Shown: positions 23,703 to 36,300 of the stretch, one piece after another
How positions within the stretch are numbered: the stretch's first letter is position 1
Layout of the letters: each line of letters begins with the position of its first letter
Assembly (NCBI GenBank): GCA_963786955.1
Contig: CAWBAT010000005.1
Location: 1,024,001-1,088,000, forward strand
Direction of reading: 5' to 3'
Length of the DNA stretch: 64,000 nucleotides
From: an uncultured Acidimicrobiia bacterium
GTDB taxonomy: Bacteria; Acidobacteriota; Terriglobia; Versatilivoradales; Versatilivoraceae
The notes under the pieces: generated by a model
Databases searched by the model: none
The model's input: only the letters and a program-made list of their open reading frames with translations
What the model was told of the DNA's origin: nothing
Translations under genes and position numbers: made by a program

Positions 23703-25180
23703 CTAAGCGATGATGGCTTTTATGGGACTGGCCGGTTCGACTCCAGTCAATCGCTGATTGAGGCCCAGGTATTTATAGCTGAACTTCTCGTGCTCGATCC
23801 CAAACTGATTTAGAATCGTCGCCTGCAAGTCCCGCACATGGACCGGATTGTTCACGATGTTGTAGGAAAACTCGTCAGTCTCCCCATACACTGTGCCCCC
23901 CTTGATCCCGCCCCCTGCCATCCACAAACTGAAGCAGCGGGGATGATGATCCCGGCCATAGTCCGTCGGTGTTAATTTCCCTTGCGAATAGATCGTTCGA
24001 CCAAACTCCCCTCCCCAAATGACCAGCGTGCTGTCCAGTAATCCGCGCGATTTGAGATCCTGCACTAACCCCCAGCAACCCTGATCGACATCTTTACACT
24101 GACTGGGTAGCACTTCCGGAAGGAAGTTGTGGACGTCCCAGCCTCGATGGTAGAGCTGCACAAAGCGGACGCCCCGTTCTACGAGTCGCCGGCCATCAAG
24201 CAACCGTTCGCAAAGGTTCCGCCTTTGCGGGCATCCTCCCCATAAAGTTCATAAGTGCTTTCAGGTTCTTTGGAAAGATCGGTCAATTCCGGAACAGAGG
24301 TCTGCATCCGGAAGGCCATCTCATACTGCGCAATACGCACTTGCGTCTCCGGATCCCCGATCTTTTCAAGTTCTAGATGGTTGAGTGCTCCGAGTCCGTC
24401 TAGCATCTGCCGTCTGATCTGAGGAGGAACCCCGTCCGGGTTATTGATATAAAGCACTGGATCACCGCCTGACCGAAGCGCCACTCCCGCATATTGCGCC
24501 GAGAGGAATCCGGCACTCCATAACCGGGCCGAAATCGCCTGCACGCCAGCCTTTGGATGAGAATGGGTGGCATTGAGGACGACAAAAGTCGGCAAGTCCT
24601 GGTTCATGCTGCCCAGACCATATGCAATCCAGGCCCCCATGCAGGGCTTCCCCGCGATCATGTTTCCCGTTTGTATAAACGTGATGGCCGGTTCGTGATT
24701 GATCGCTTCGGTGTGGACCGAGCGAATAATGGCCATGTCGTCTACCATCTTCGCCGTGTACGGCAATAGCTCCGAGACCCAAGCTCCACTCTGCCCGTGT
24801 TGCTGGAATTTGAATATGGACGGGGCAATTGGAAATCGACTCTGTCCCGCCGTCATCGTCGTCAGCCGCTGACCCTTGCGAATGGACTCCGGCAAATCCT
24901 TGTCATACCAGTCTTTCATCCCAGGCTTGTAGTCATAAAGATCGAGCTGCGGCGGCGCTCCCACCATATGCAGGTAAATCGCCCGCTTGGCTTTCGGCGC
25001 AAAGTGGGGAAGTCCGGGAACTCCTCCAACCGCTTGCGGCTTTGAAACACTTTCCGCCAGCGCATTGAGCACATTGTCACCCAGTAGGCTCGCCAGCGCT
25101 AAGCTACCCAAGCCCCGGCCGCTGCGCCCAAAAAATTGTCGCCGCGTTTCAACTAATACAGCTTGATCTATAGGATGCAT
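23703..25180 (-). CDS. DUF1501 (sulfatase-like, Tat-type) protein, copy 2 (1-base indel near 24190)
   Basis: TRRQFF Tat-like motif, [32 protein letters not shown] and WGGEFGRT. Confidence 0.9.
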
Positions 25181-25349
25181 CGATCCCCCCCAAACATATC
25201 GATTACTTGTTAAAGACTTCGTCCAAATTCATGACTTGGTTTGCTATTATGTCCAAACTCTAACCTATGATGCCGAAATCGGCAAACAAGAGGTATCCAT
25301 TTGCTCGGATTCGCAACTTTTTCGGCCCCACGATATTTCGCGGCAGTAA

Positions 25350-26828
25350 TCAAGCGATGATGGCTTTTATGGGACTGGCCGGTTCGACTCCTGTCAATCG
25401 CTGATTGAGGCCCAGGTATTTATAGCTGAACTTCTCGTGCTCGATCCCAAACTGATTTAGAATCGTCGCCTGCAAGTCCCGCACATGAACCGGATTGTTC
25501 ACGATGTTGTAGGAAAACTCGTCAGTCTCCCCATACACTGTGCCCCCTTTGATCCCGCCCCCTGCCATCCACAAACTGAAGCAGCGGGGATGATGATCCC
25601 GGCCATAGTCCGTCGGTGTTAATTTCCCTTGCGAATAGATCGTTCGACCAAACTCGCCTCCCCAAATCACCAGCGTGCTGTCCAGCAATCCGCGCGATTT
25701 GAGATCCTGCACCAACCCCCAGCAACCCTGATCGACATCCTTACACTGACTGGGCAACACTTCCGGAAGGTTTCCGTGGACGTCCCAGCCTCGATGGTAG
25801 AGTTGCACAAAGCGGACGCCCCGCTCCACCATGCGACGCGCCATCAGGCAGCTATAGGCAAAAGTCCCGCCTTTGCGGGCATCCTCCCCATAAAGTTCAT
25901 AAGTGCTTTCAGGTTCTTTGGAAAGATCGGTCAATTCCGGAACAGAGGTCTGCATCCGGAAGGCCATCTCATACTGCGCGATACGCACTTGCGTCTCCGG
26001 ATCCCCGATCTTTTCAAGTTCTAGATGGTTGAGTGCTCCGAGTCCGTCTAGCATCTGCCGTCTGATCTGAGGAGGAACCCCGTCCGGGTTATTGATATAA
26101 AGCACTGGATCACCGCCTGACCGAAGCGCCACTCCCGCATATTGCGCCGAGAGGAATCCGGCACTCCATAACCGGGCCGAAATCGCCTGCACATTTGCCT
26201 TAGGATTAGAATGAGTCGCATTGAGGACGACGAAAGTCGGCAAGTCCTGGTTCATGCTGCCCAGACCATAGGCAATCCAGGCCCCCATGCACGGTTTCCC
26301 CGCGATCATGGTTCCCGTTTGTATAAACGTGATGGCCGGTTCGTGGTTGATCGCTTCCGTGTGCACTGAACGGATAATCGCCATGTCATCTACCATCTTC
26401 GCCGTGTAGGGTAATAGCTCCGATACCCAAGCTCCACTCTGTCCGTGTTGCTGGAATTTGAAAATCGACGGGGCAATTGGAAATCGAGTCTGCCCAGCCG
26501 TCATTGTCGTCAATCGTTGGCCCTTGCGAATAGATTCGGGAAGGTCTTTGTCGTACCACTCTTTCAATCCCGGTTTGTAGTCGTAGAGATCAAGCTGCGG
26601 CGGCGCTCCTACCATATGCAGGTAGATCGCGCTCTTGGCTTTCGGGGCGAAATGGGGAAGTCCGGGAACCCCGCCTACCGCTTGCGGCTTGGCGACACTC
26701 TCTGCCAGCGCATTGAGCACATTGTCACCCAGCAGACTCGCTAGCGCCACGCTTCCCAGGCCCTTCGCACTCCGGCCAAAAAACTGGCGGCGGGTTTCAA
26801 CTAATACGGCTTCATCTATAGGATGCAT
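25350..26828 (-). CDS. DUF1501 (sulfatase-like, Tat-type) protein, copy 1
   Basis: Intact ORF with the same motifs as copy 2. Confidence 0.92.
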   Translation of the reverse strand: MHPIDEAVLVETRRQFFGRSAKGLGSVALASLLGDNVLNALAESVAKPQAVGGVPGLPHFAPKAKSAIYLHMVGAPPQLDLYDYKPGLKEWYDKDLPESIRKGQRLTTMTAGQTRFPIAPSIFKFQQHGQSGAWVSELLPYTAKMVDDMAIIRSVHTEAINHEPAITFIQTGTMIAGKPCMGAWIAYGLGSMNQDLPTFVVLNATHSNPKANVQAISARLWSAGFLSAQYAGVALRSGGDPVLYINNPDGVPPQIRRQMLDGLGALNHLELEKIGDPETQVRIAQYEMAFRMQTSVPELTDLSKEPESTYELYGEDARKGGTFAYSCLMARRMVERGVRFVQLYHRGWDVHGNLPEVLPSQCKDVDQGCWGLVQDLKSRGLLDSTLVIWGGEFGRTIYSQGKLTPTDYGRDHHPRCFSLWMAGGGIKGGTVYGETDEFSYNIVNNPVHVRDLQATILNQFGIEHEKFSYKYLGLNQRLTGVEPASPIKAIIA

Positions 26829-26853
26829 CGATCCCCTCCCCAAAATACATTGC

Positions 26854-29800
26854 TTACTTGTTGAAGACTTCGTCCAAATTCATGACCTGGTTTGCCACCA
26901 TGGTCAAAGCGGCAACTTGCGGAACTGCAGCCGTCAAGTCTGCTTTGGACTCCCCAACCGACAACAGCTTCTGGGCATCTTCGGGATGCGAGTCATAATA
27001 AGCCAGAAATTCCTTATAGGCACGCTTGACGATCTCCCGTTCTTTTTCATCGAAAGGACGAGCCAGAAGTCGTGCCGACATAAAATCAATTTCACGGTCT
27101 AAATTACCGTTGGATTCCCGCAGGGCGCGCTGAGCAAGAGCCCGTGCCGCTTCTACAAACTGCGTGTCATTCATGGTCACTAAAGCCTGTAACGGCGTGT
27201 CTGTCCGTTCCCGACGCATCGTGCAAGTCTCCCGCGTCGGCGCATTGAAAATATCCATCGAAGCCGGAGGCGCACTGCGTTTCCAGAAGGTGTACATGCT
27301 CCGTCGATAGAGATCTTCGCCTTTGTCCTGCTTGTAGAAGCGGGTATTGCTTCCTATCATCGCGACGGTTTCCCACACTCCGTCAGGCTGGTAGGGTTTG
27401 ACACTCGGCCCGCCAATCTTTGGCACCAGCAGTCCACTGGCCGCTAAGGCATAGTCCCGGACCATCTCTCGCATCCATTCGGAATCGCGGCCCGCGTGAT
27501 AACAGTCGATTCTCCGGATCCACCTTCAGCTTCTCTTCCGTCGTCACCGCCGATTGCCGGTAGGTCGCCGAGGTCACCATCAACTTGAAAAACTTCTTGA
27601 TGTCCCAGCCCGATTCGCGAAACTCCACCGCCAGCCAGTCCAGCAGTTGCGGATGCGAGGGCGCCTGCCCCTGCGATCCAAAATCTTCCGCCGTCTTCAC
27701 CAATCCCGTCCCAAACAATTCCTGCCAGTACCGATTCACCGTGACCCGCGCCGTCAACGGATTCGACGGATCCACCAGCCACTGCGCTAGCCCTAGACGG
27801 TTCCGCGGGAACGATGCCGGCATCGGCGGCAACGCCGCCGGAACGCTCGGATCTACTTTCTCCCGCATCTGATCGTATTGCCCGCGAAATAGAATATGTG
27901 CCATGGGCTTCGTGTCCGACTTCTCTTCCATGACCAGCGTCACGGCGCTGCGCTCACGAATTTCACGTTTCTCGGCTTTCAACGCTTTGAGCCGGGCAGC
28001 CAGTTCGCGATACTTGGCATCTTCGAGGGTCAAGAAATAAAGATGGAATGCATCGCGTTCGGCCGCACTCCACTGGTCGGGTTGTTTTTCGCGTGCCAAC
28101 TCCATCATGAGCCAAAGCGACGCGAGCTGCCCTTCTTCAACGGAGATCGGACGCGTGAAAATACGAAGATCCGCAATGGCGCCACCTTGAAAGAAGAGCT
28201 TACCATTCCCGCCGACTAGCATTGGGGATTTTGTCCGAATCTCTCCCACGAGCTCAGTCGTTTGGTCGCCGGCCCCTTGGGTTGGGATGGCTCTGCCATT
28301 CAAGTAGAAACTGAGACCCGCCTGTTTTCGACTTCCATCGTAAGATACAGCCACATGATTCCATGTCCCTGGCTTCAATTGTTCTTGAAAACCCGCGACA
28401 ATGCTGACAGTTTTTCCTTCGTCGCCAATGAGTCGAAACGCCACCACGCGGGCCCCAATATCAATTCCCCAACCACGATTCTTGTCATCCGGATCCATCT
28501 GATATACGACTGCAAAATTATCCGACCCGGTCGGCTGGTAAATCCAGAGGGTCACAGAAAAGGGTTTATCAGCAGAAAAATAATCACTATTGGGAAGCTG
28601 CACTTGAGTGTTAGCCCCAAATTTGAGGGCCTTACTCCCGGGAATCCCTCCTTCACCGATAGTAATTCCTTCCGGAAGAGATACCGCACTCGTCTGCCCG
28701 TTCATTCTGAGATTAGCCTGTTCTCCGAAAGAGAAAGCGAGCAATTCCGCCGACGCTTCGAAAGGGGACTTCAACTGACGGTGGGCATTTGAACTGAGCC
28801 ATTGATCAAAAGCGCTGTCCGAGGAGATCCGTGCCTGCTGCATCTGGCTCTGCACTGTTAATTCTTCTTTGTTGAGCAGGTCCCAACGCACCTGGTCTTT
28901 TTCCCCGGGTACTACGATCGCCGGAGGTGTGTTAGGCGCGTTCCCATCCATGGCGTATTGTGTAGTATTCCGGAAGAAGGCCGTCATGGAATAGAAATCC
29001 TTCTGCGAGATCGGATCAAACTTGTGGTCATGACAGGTCGCGCACCCGACCGTTAATCCCAACCACACGGCCCCCGTCGTGTCCGCCCGGTCCTTCGCAT
29101 AAATCGCCTCCACCTCTTCTGCAATGACTCCCCCTTCGTTCGTCGTCACATTACAGCGCTGAAATCCCGACGCGATCTGCTGTTCCCTTGTCCGGTTGGG
29201 CAGCAAATCCCCCGCCAACTGCTCGATCGTAAACCGGTCAAACGGAAGATTCCGATTGTAGGCGGCGATCACCCAATCCCGATACGGCCACATCTCCCGA
29301 TAGTTGTCCACATGGATCCCGTGCGTGTCCGCATACCGCGCTGCATCCAGCCAATACCGCCCTCGATGCTCTCCCCAGCGCTCCGACGCCATCAGCCGAT
29401 CCACGAGCTTCTCGTAGGCCCCCTTCGTATTGTCTTTCACAAACGCTTCCACCTCTGCCGGCTCCGGCGGTAATCCCGTCAAATCCAACGACAGTCGCCG
29501 AATCAGCGTCCGCCGATCCGCCTCCGGCGCGGGTTTCAACCCGGCCGCCTCTAGTTTCGCCAGAATAAACTGATCCATCGGATTCCGTACCCAAGCCTTT
29601 TCTTTGACCGCCGGCAACTCCGGACGCACCGGCGCTGCGAACGACCAAAGCTCTTTCCACCCTGCTCCTTGCTCAATCCACTTCTTCAAGAGCTCGATCT
29701 GTTGCGGCGTCAGCGACTTGTGCGAAGATTCTGGCGGCATCTTTCGAGCCGGATCTTCCGCCGAAATCCGCTGGTATAGCAGACTCTCCTGGGGTTTCCC

Positions 29801-30058
29801 CGCCACGATCACCGTCCCGCTGTCCCGCACTTCATACGCCCCTTCTTTTGTGTCTAATCGCAAATCCATCATGCGCGTGTTCTTGTCCGGCCCGTGGCAC
29901 TGAAAACAGTTATCCGACAGGATCGGTCTTATGACCCGCTGAAAATCAACTCCTCCTGCCCCTGCCTTTACCACCGGTTGCTGAGCCATTTTGATCGAGC
30001 AAAAAAAGCAGGCCAGGAACAAAAAACAAAACCCGAGAGAACGAAGTACTGTTTTCAT
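26854..30058 (-). CDS. Planctomycete-type cytochrome c / DUF1549 / LamG / DUF1553 protein (indel near 27470)
   Basis: CFQCH and CATCH heme motifs, [10 protein letters not shown], LamG-like [25 protein letters not shown], and TPLQAL..MND. Confidence 0.9.
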
Positions 30059-30461
30059 AGAATGCCTCACCTTGAAAACCTTAGACTGATCAAGACTTAT
30101 CCTCGCCATAGGTAATATATGATTTTACTAAATCGTTTCCCTCGTTGCAAGCCTATGGATAAATTTCGAAAGATTTGGGGGAATTCAATTTTTTGCCGGA
30201 TTGGATGGCTCCGTGGAGGAACTCCATGGGCAATTAGGATACCCACCAAGCAACGCCTTGAACGAAAAGCACCCCGGAAATCTAAAAAGCCATCGTGTAG
30301 GACCTTTTTCCGGTTATAATCTGTGCACTCCTTGGTTTTATCTGATGACTGCATCTGGCCTCAGGTTGCATTTCATTTAAAGAGCCAGAACCAAGAAGAA
30401 TCATTGCATAATGAAAATAAACGGTCTTAAAAAAGACCGTTTGAGAGAAGGGGCTATTCCA

Positions 30462-31538
30462 ATGAATAAAGGTAGAATCCAGGCGTTAATTCTCTTTATG
30501 TGTATCAGTGTCTTTCTCGTCAGCAAATTAAGTGCGCAAATGCCGTCTCAATGGAAAGCGCACGACCTGAACCGGCCACGCCCACCGATTGTAAAGCCAG
30601 GGACCCAGGCATTACCTGTCGCTCCGCCTTCGGACGCAGTGATTTTATTTGATGGAAAAGATCTTTCGAAATGGCGGAGTGAAGATGGCAGCCCGGCGAA
30701 ATGGGTTTCCGTCAACGGGTATATGGAGTCGGTGAAAGGGAGTGGTTATCTATTTACTCGCCAGAATTTCGGGGATATTCAGTTGCACGTGGAGTGGGCC
30801 ACGCCAACTCCTCCGTCGGGAACAAGTCAGGGACGCGGCAATAGCGGTGTTTTTCCAATGGGGCTTTACGAAATCCAGGTGTTGGATTCCTATCAAAACG
30901 ACACCTACCCGGATGGGCAGGCCGCGGCGGTTTATGGTCAGTATCCACCTCTGGTCAACGCTTGCTTACCGCCTGGGGAGTGGCAGTCTTTTGATATCGT
31001 ATTCCGACGACCCCGATTTGATGCCGACGGAAAGCTGCTTGAACCCGCGAAAGCCACCGTCTTCCAAAATGGCATTTTGGTCCAGGACAGCGCAAAACTG
31101 TGGGGGCCCACGACGTGGCTCCAGCATCTCCCCTATGAGCCTCATCCTGACAAGCTCCCTCTTTCTTTACAGGATCACGGCAATCCCGTCCGTTACCGGA
31201 ATATCTGGCTGCGTGAGCTTCCAGAATGGGTCGAGCCTGGCCCCACCAATCCTGCAACGGAGCCGGCTATTACTTTGCAACCGGCAGAACTAAATCGTTA
31301 TGTCGGTAAATATGAGTCGTCCAATGGCGACATTTATACTATTGCGCGCGAGGGACAACAGCTCTGGGCTCATTTCTACGGACCTGGTAAAGTGGAACTC
31401 GTGCCCCATTCGACGAGCAAGTTTTCTCTTCGATGGACGGCGGCTACTGTTACCTTTGATCTAAACGCCAATTCACTCCCCAAAGGGTTCACGATTGATA
31501 TTGGAGGGGAGCAACGTTACTCCAAGAAAGTTGAGTAA
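30462..31538 (+). CDS. DUF1080 (3-keto-disaccharide hydrolase-like) secreted protein
   Basis: PPSDAVILFDGKDLS, GQGRGNSG-like SQGRGNSG, YEIQVLDS and LQDHGNPVRYRNIW. Confidence 0.9.
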   Translation: MNKGRIQALILFMCISVFLVSKLSAQMPSQWKAHDLNRPRPPIVKPGTQALPVAPPSDAVILFDGKDLSKWRSEDGSPAKWVSVNGYMESVKGSGYLFTRQNFGDIQLHVEWATPTPPSGTSQGRGNSGVFPMGLYEIQVLDSYQNDTYPDGQAAAVYGQYPPLVNACLPPGEWQSFDIVFRRPRFDADGKLLEPAKATVFQNGILVQDSAKLWGPTTWLQHLPYEPHPDKLPLSLQDHGNPVRYRNIWLRELPEWVEPGPTNPATEPAITLQPAELNRYVGKYESSNGDIYTIAREGQQLWAHFYGPGKVELVPHSTSKFSLRWTAATVTFDLNANSLPKGFTIDIGGEQRYSKKVE

Positions 31539-31610
31539 ACTCGATAAGCCAGACGCGACCTGCGCCATTCTGCCTGGGTACAGCGTTTGTTTAGAACCAC
31601 GAGCAGGCGC

Positions 31611-32833
31611 TTACCCCCAGAACGGTTCCCCCGGCTCCATGTATTCCTTTAAGAAATCAGGGTTAATATCGAGACCCAGACCTGGTCCCATAGGGACCTG
31701 GAGCAAACTGTTTCTTACTACCGGTGGATTCGTGGCCGACATTTTTTCGGCAATCCGATCGGGCCACCCCAGCGGGCTCTCAGATCGGAAGAAATTATGT
31801 ACAGAGGCACCGAATTGGGCGGAGGCCATCGTGAGGACCAGGCTGCCCACATTATGCAAGGCTACCGGAGTACGGGTCATCGTCGCGTAGTCAGCGATTT
31901 TCTTGACGCCGGTGATCCCGCCAGCAAAAGCGAGATCGGGATGGATAAAGTCGACGGCCTGGTTATCAATAAAAGGCTTAAATCCTCTCAGCAGCTCAAG
32001 CTTTTCGCCCGTGAGCAGAGGAATCCGGGAAGAGCGTCTGAGAGACATCCAGGCTTCTGAAAATGGCACATTCAGAGGGTCTTCGTAAAACAGCGGCTCC
32101 AGCGGTTCAACGGCTCTGGCAACTGCTATCGCACTAGGCGTATCTAGTTCGTTGTGGCAGTGCACCGCAATATCAATGTCAGTACCCACTGCTTCCCGGA
32201 GGTTCGAGTAGGCACGAAATACGGTGCGAACTTGAGCGGGAGTGAGCGTGGTGGCGTAGCGCGCCGCAGCAATTCCGATGTAAGAATCGAAACTGATCTT
32301 ATAGGCGGTGAATCCTTCCGGAGCCGAGCGCACGCGTTGGGCCCATTCACGGCAAGAACCTTTATCTAACATGTCGACATTGACTACCATGTGAATAGAG
32401 AGGAATCGACTCGCGGAACGGCCCTCCCAGTAAGACGCAAACCGGACGGTTGAGGATCTTACCCGCGAGGTCCCACAGCGCGATATCAATCCCGCTGATC
32501 GTAGGGATATGAGCCATCCAGGCGTGCATGAGGGTCGTCAGGTTGTGGAAATGAACTTCAATCGCCAGGGGATCCTTCCCAATGAGATATTGTTTCATCA
32601 CTTCAATTCTGGCTCTCGCCATGGGTCCATTGGTGCCCGCTTCTCCATAACCCGGAGATGCCTGCATCCGTGTCAATGCGAATGAGACAGTTGGAACGAC
32701 TTAATTTCATGGCCCAGATATTGGTGATGCGAATCTTTCCCAGTTCGGGCTCCGCCAAAGTTTGAAATCGACTCAACCAGGCTCCCGCTGGAAGCAAAAC
32801 TGCAAATCGTAAGAGTTCCCTCCGCGTCATCAT
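31611..32833 (-). CDS. Mandelate racemase / enolase-superfamily dehydratase with Tat-like leader, frameshifted
   Basis: MTRRELL leader, IRIDTDAGISGYGEA, SGIDIALWDLAGK, FYEDP, LTGEKL and HPDLAFAGG. Confidence 0.88.
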
Positions 32834-32924
32834 TGTAATGCTCCTCCTCGCATGGCGTGCTCGTCCTCATTCTTTGTTCTGGTAATCAGTCTTGTGGGGA
32901 ATGTCTGAGGCGCCAGAGATCGCC

Positions 32925-33098
32925 CTAAGAACCCGATTCTAATGTTGATTTCGCTCTGAAAAAGACGTTGCTCGCGGCCTATCCCAAAGTAGGAAGCGCC
33001 GTAATCGCAGCTAGGGCCAAGAGTATAAGCAATAAGGCATACTCCACAAGGTCTTGGCCTTCCTCGTAATGAATTAGTTTCTCGAGTAATCTTTTCAG
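32925..33098 (-). pseudogene. Flp/Fap type IVb pilin with internal stop
   Basis: EEGQDLVEYALLLILLALAAITALPTLG*AASNVF...: Flp G/xxxxEY motif, in-frame TAG at 32979-32981, and no canonical start codon. Confidence 0.8.
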
Positions 33099-33339
33099 GA
33101 CGTTTCTCTTCCCTCGAAAAACACTTTCGAAGAAAAGAGGTCCATTACAACACCTCTGCAAGCGTGTATGAGGTCATTTCAGAATCAATTGAAGTTCGGA
33201 TAACTCTGCCTAATTGGGCATATTCTACAGAAGAAAAACCTCTCAAAGCATACTCCTCTGTAGCAATTTCTTCGATTGGAAAATTGCATCCGGCCTCAAG
33301 GGTCTGATAGGGATCGAGTGGAATAATGGGGGAGAAATT

Positions 33340-33365
33340 TGGTACGCCCGGAAGGACTCGAACCT
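33340..33365 (-). repeat. att direct repeat (copy of tRNA-Arg 3' end)
   Basis: TGGTACGCCCGGAAGGACTCGAACCT is identical over 26 bp to 45396-45421. Confidence 0.95.
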
Positions 33366-36300
33366 CAAGCGGCACCAATACATTGGATAACTGCCAGTTC
33401 GGTGTCTAACGCGGTTTTTTGTGCGTATTTTTGGAGCGCATGATAAGTCGAAGGGAGGAGCGGCACCCCTTCCCGCAAGTTCCCATCCCGCGCTCGCATT
33501 TCCGTCTCACCGGGGATCAGGATCTCCTCCACGTTTTCAGCCCGCTCTCCCGCCTTCGTTTGCTCAATCATATGGTCGACTCGCGTTGTGAATTCGGCTA
33601 TCGGCATGAACAGCTCCGGATCGATCGCCATGAAAAAGTGACCAATATCCGGTGGCTGCATCTTCTGTCGCGCGTGCTCTCGGCGATGGTCCCAGCCAAA
33701 GCCCGCTCCGGTCAACACGCCTGCCAGCACCTCCATGACAAGAGTGAGACCATACCCTTTGTGACCTCCAATGGGCACACCTAGACCGGCAGCCAGATCT
33801 GCCGGATCCGTCGAGGGATGCCCAAAGCGGTCGAGAATCCAGCCTGGAGGCAGCGGTTTCCCCTCGGCGAGTTGCAGGCCGATCTTTCCCCGCGGTGCAA
33901 CACTCATTGCAATATCAAGCAGAATCGGGTGGTAGCGTCTTGCGGGGATGCCCACGCCAAGCGGATTGTTCCCGAACGTCGGGGTGATACCGCCGGTGGG
34001 CGCCAGGATCGCCGGGCCGTTGGTGGTGCACAAGCCAATCAGCCCCTCCCGTGCGGCTAGCCAAGGGTAATGGCCGGCCGCACCGAGGTGATTGGAGCGA
34101 TGCACACCCACTATCCCCACACCCCTCTCACGTGCCATCCGGATCGCCAGCTTCATTGCCACGACAGCAACCCACTGCCCTGGACCGTTGTCTCCATCGA
34201 CGTGTGCGCTGACTTCCGAATTGCGCTCGATCCGAATATGGGGTCGGGGATTTATTATGCCGGAGGCAATCCGTCGGGCATAACGCGGAATAGCGACCAT
34301 ATTGTGCGTCGGTTGGCCGCGCAGGCTGGCCTCGAGCTGCACTTCGGTAACAATTGCCGCTCCTTCCGGCACCAGGCCAGCTCGCTCCAGTGCCTCGCGG
34401 CCATATGAGCGCAGGCTCTCTGCAGTGACACGGAGTGTGGGTTGGATCTCAACCGTCATCGCTGGGTCTCTCCGTTGGACCCGTTCTATAGCCACTCTAT
34501 GTTCAGCCAGGCCGGCAGAGGATAGAAAAGGATTTGCGACAGCCACTCGTGCCAGCTCTGAAATGGTCTGGTGCTGAAAAACCAGCTTGGGGCTGAGTTG
34601 CAGTCCAGCCTGATTCGCGCGGTTGACCATCTGGATGCTGAGGTTGGAATCCCCACCCATGTCGAAGAAGTTGTCGTCCAGGCTCACGCGATCCAGTCCT
34701 AAGACCTGTGCCCAGACCGACGTCAATACCTCCTCGGCAGGGGTATGTGCTGCGACGTGCCCCGCTTCCAGTTCCAGTAGTGCACCCCCCGGACTGAGGG
34801 AGCCGGCCCCGTCTCGGTTGTCCGCACTCGGGGCGATAGGTTCTTGGGGTAGAGTGTAGAGTCCCGCCCGGTCCACTTTCCCATTGGGCGTTCGCGGCAG
34901 TGCCACCAATTTCACGATCAGCGACGGTACCATGTACTCGGGGAGCTTCTGTTTCAGATACTCACGAAGCTCACGGGCCATGGGTTCCTGTTGGAACGGT
35001 CGCAAGTTTTCAGGAGGGCTCGCCTGAACACCTGAATTCAACACCACATACGCGACGAGGCGTTTCTCCCCCGTCGTGTCCCGTTGCGTCACCACTGCGC
35101 ATTCCCGCACCCCGGGATGCTGCCCCATGACCGCCTCGATCTCCCCCGGTTCGATGCGGTAACCGCGGAGCTTCATCTGATAGTCGACACGACCCGAGAA
35201 CTCGATGCCTCCGTCTGGCAAGTAGCGCGTCACATCCCCGGTCCGGTAAAGACGTTCCCCGGGAATGGGGCTGAACGGATCGGGCACGAATTTTTCCGCA
35301 GTCAGCTCGGGCTGGTTGAGATAGCCCCGCCCTACCCCGGCACCGCCGATATACAGCTCGCCCCAAACGCCGACGGGTACGGGTTGCCCTGAGGGGTCTA
35401 ACACGTACACTCGCGTATTGGGGATCGGACGACCTATCGGGACGACCTTCACGGATTCGCCATCGTGAGAAGGAATTGGATAGACGGTCACGATGCCGGC
35501 CGTCTCTGTCTGCCCGAACATGTTGATCAACCGGGCGCCATGCCCGAACGCTACGCCCCACTCCCTGGGCACATCCGAATATAGCGGTTCGCTAGCGGAC
35601 AGGATCAGCCGCAGTTCGTTCCTCAGCAGATCGGCTCGGGAATTGGGTTCCAAGGTTGCCAGCACCTGATTGCAGTTCCGCCAGTACGACGGAACAATGT
35701 CAATGATTGACACTCCCTGCTGCCGGATAACTTCGAATAGAGCTTGTGGATCCCGGATCTGCTCGCTCTTGGCAACAACGACAGTTGCACCGCATGAGAG
35801 CGGGACTGCGAACTGCCGGACAGAGGAAGAAAACGCAACGGACGCCGTATGGAGATAGCAATCGTCAGCCTTGATCTCTAATGCCGCGTGCATCGCGTGG
35901 ATATAATGGGACAGGTTAGCATGCGTGATCATGACACCCTTTGGCTTCCCCGTTGAACCAGAGGTATAGATCACGTACGCCAGGTTCGCCGCCGTTGCGC
36001 CACTCACTGGGTTCTGTTCACACTCTGTGGCACTGATTTCCGATTCGGATTCCAGGCACACCACCGCCGGGATGTTGGATTCTTGATTTTCGACTCTGAA
36101 TAGCTGCTGACCGGTGGCGCGATTCGAAATCCCCATTGCCGTACCCAAAATCGGAAGCAACCGCTCCTCCGTAACGAGGACAGGTAGCCGGGCATCTTCC
36201 TGCATAAAGGCGAGGCGCTCCGCCGGATACCCCGGGTCTAGGGGCACGTAAGCGCCTCCGGCCTTCATGACACCCAGCAGGGCGGCTATCATCCCCACGG

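Noticed and set aside
30356-30370. Sigma54 promoter TGGC...TTGCA
   Set aside because: GG-to-GC spacing is one base short of the strict -24/-12 requirement.
33340-33365. Second tRNA gene
   Set aside because: Only the 3' 26 nt (T-arm part and acceptor end) are present; it is an att copy.
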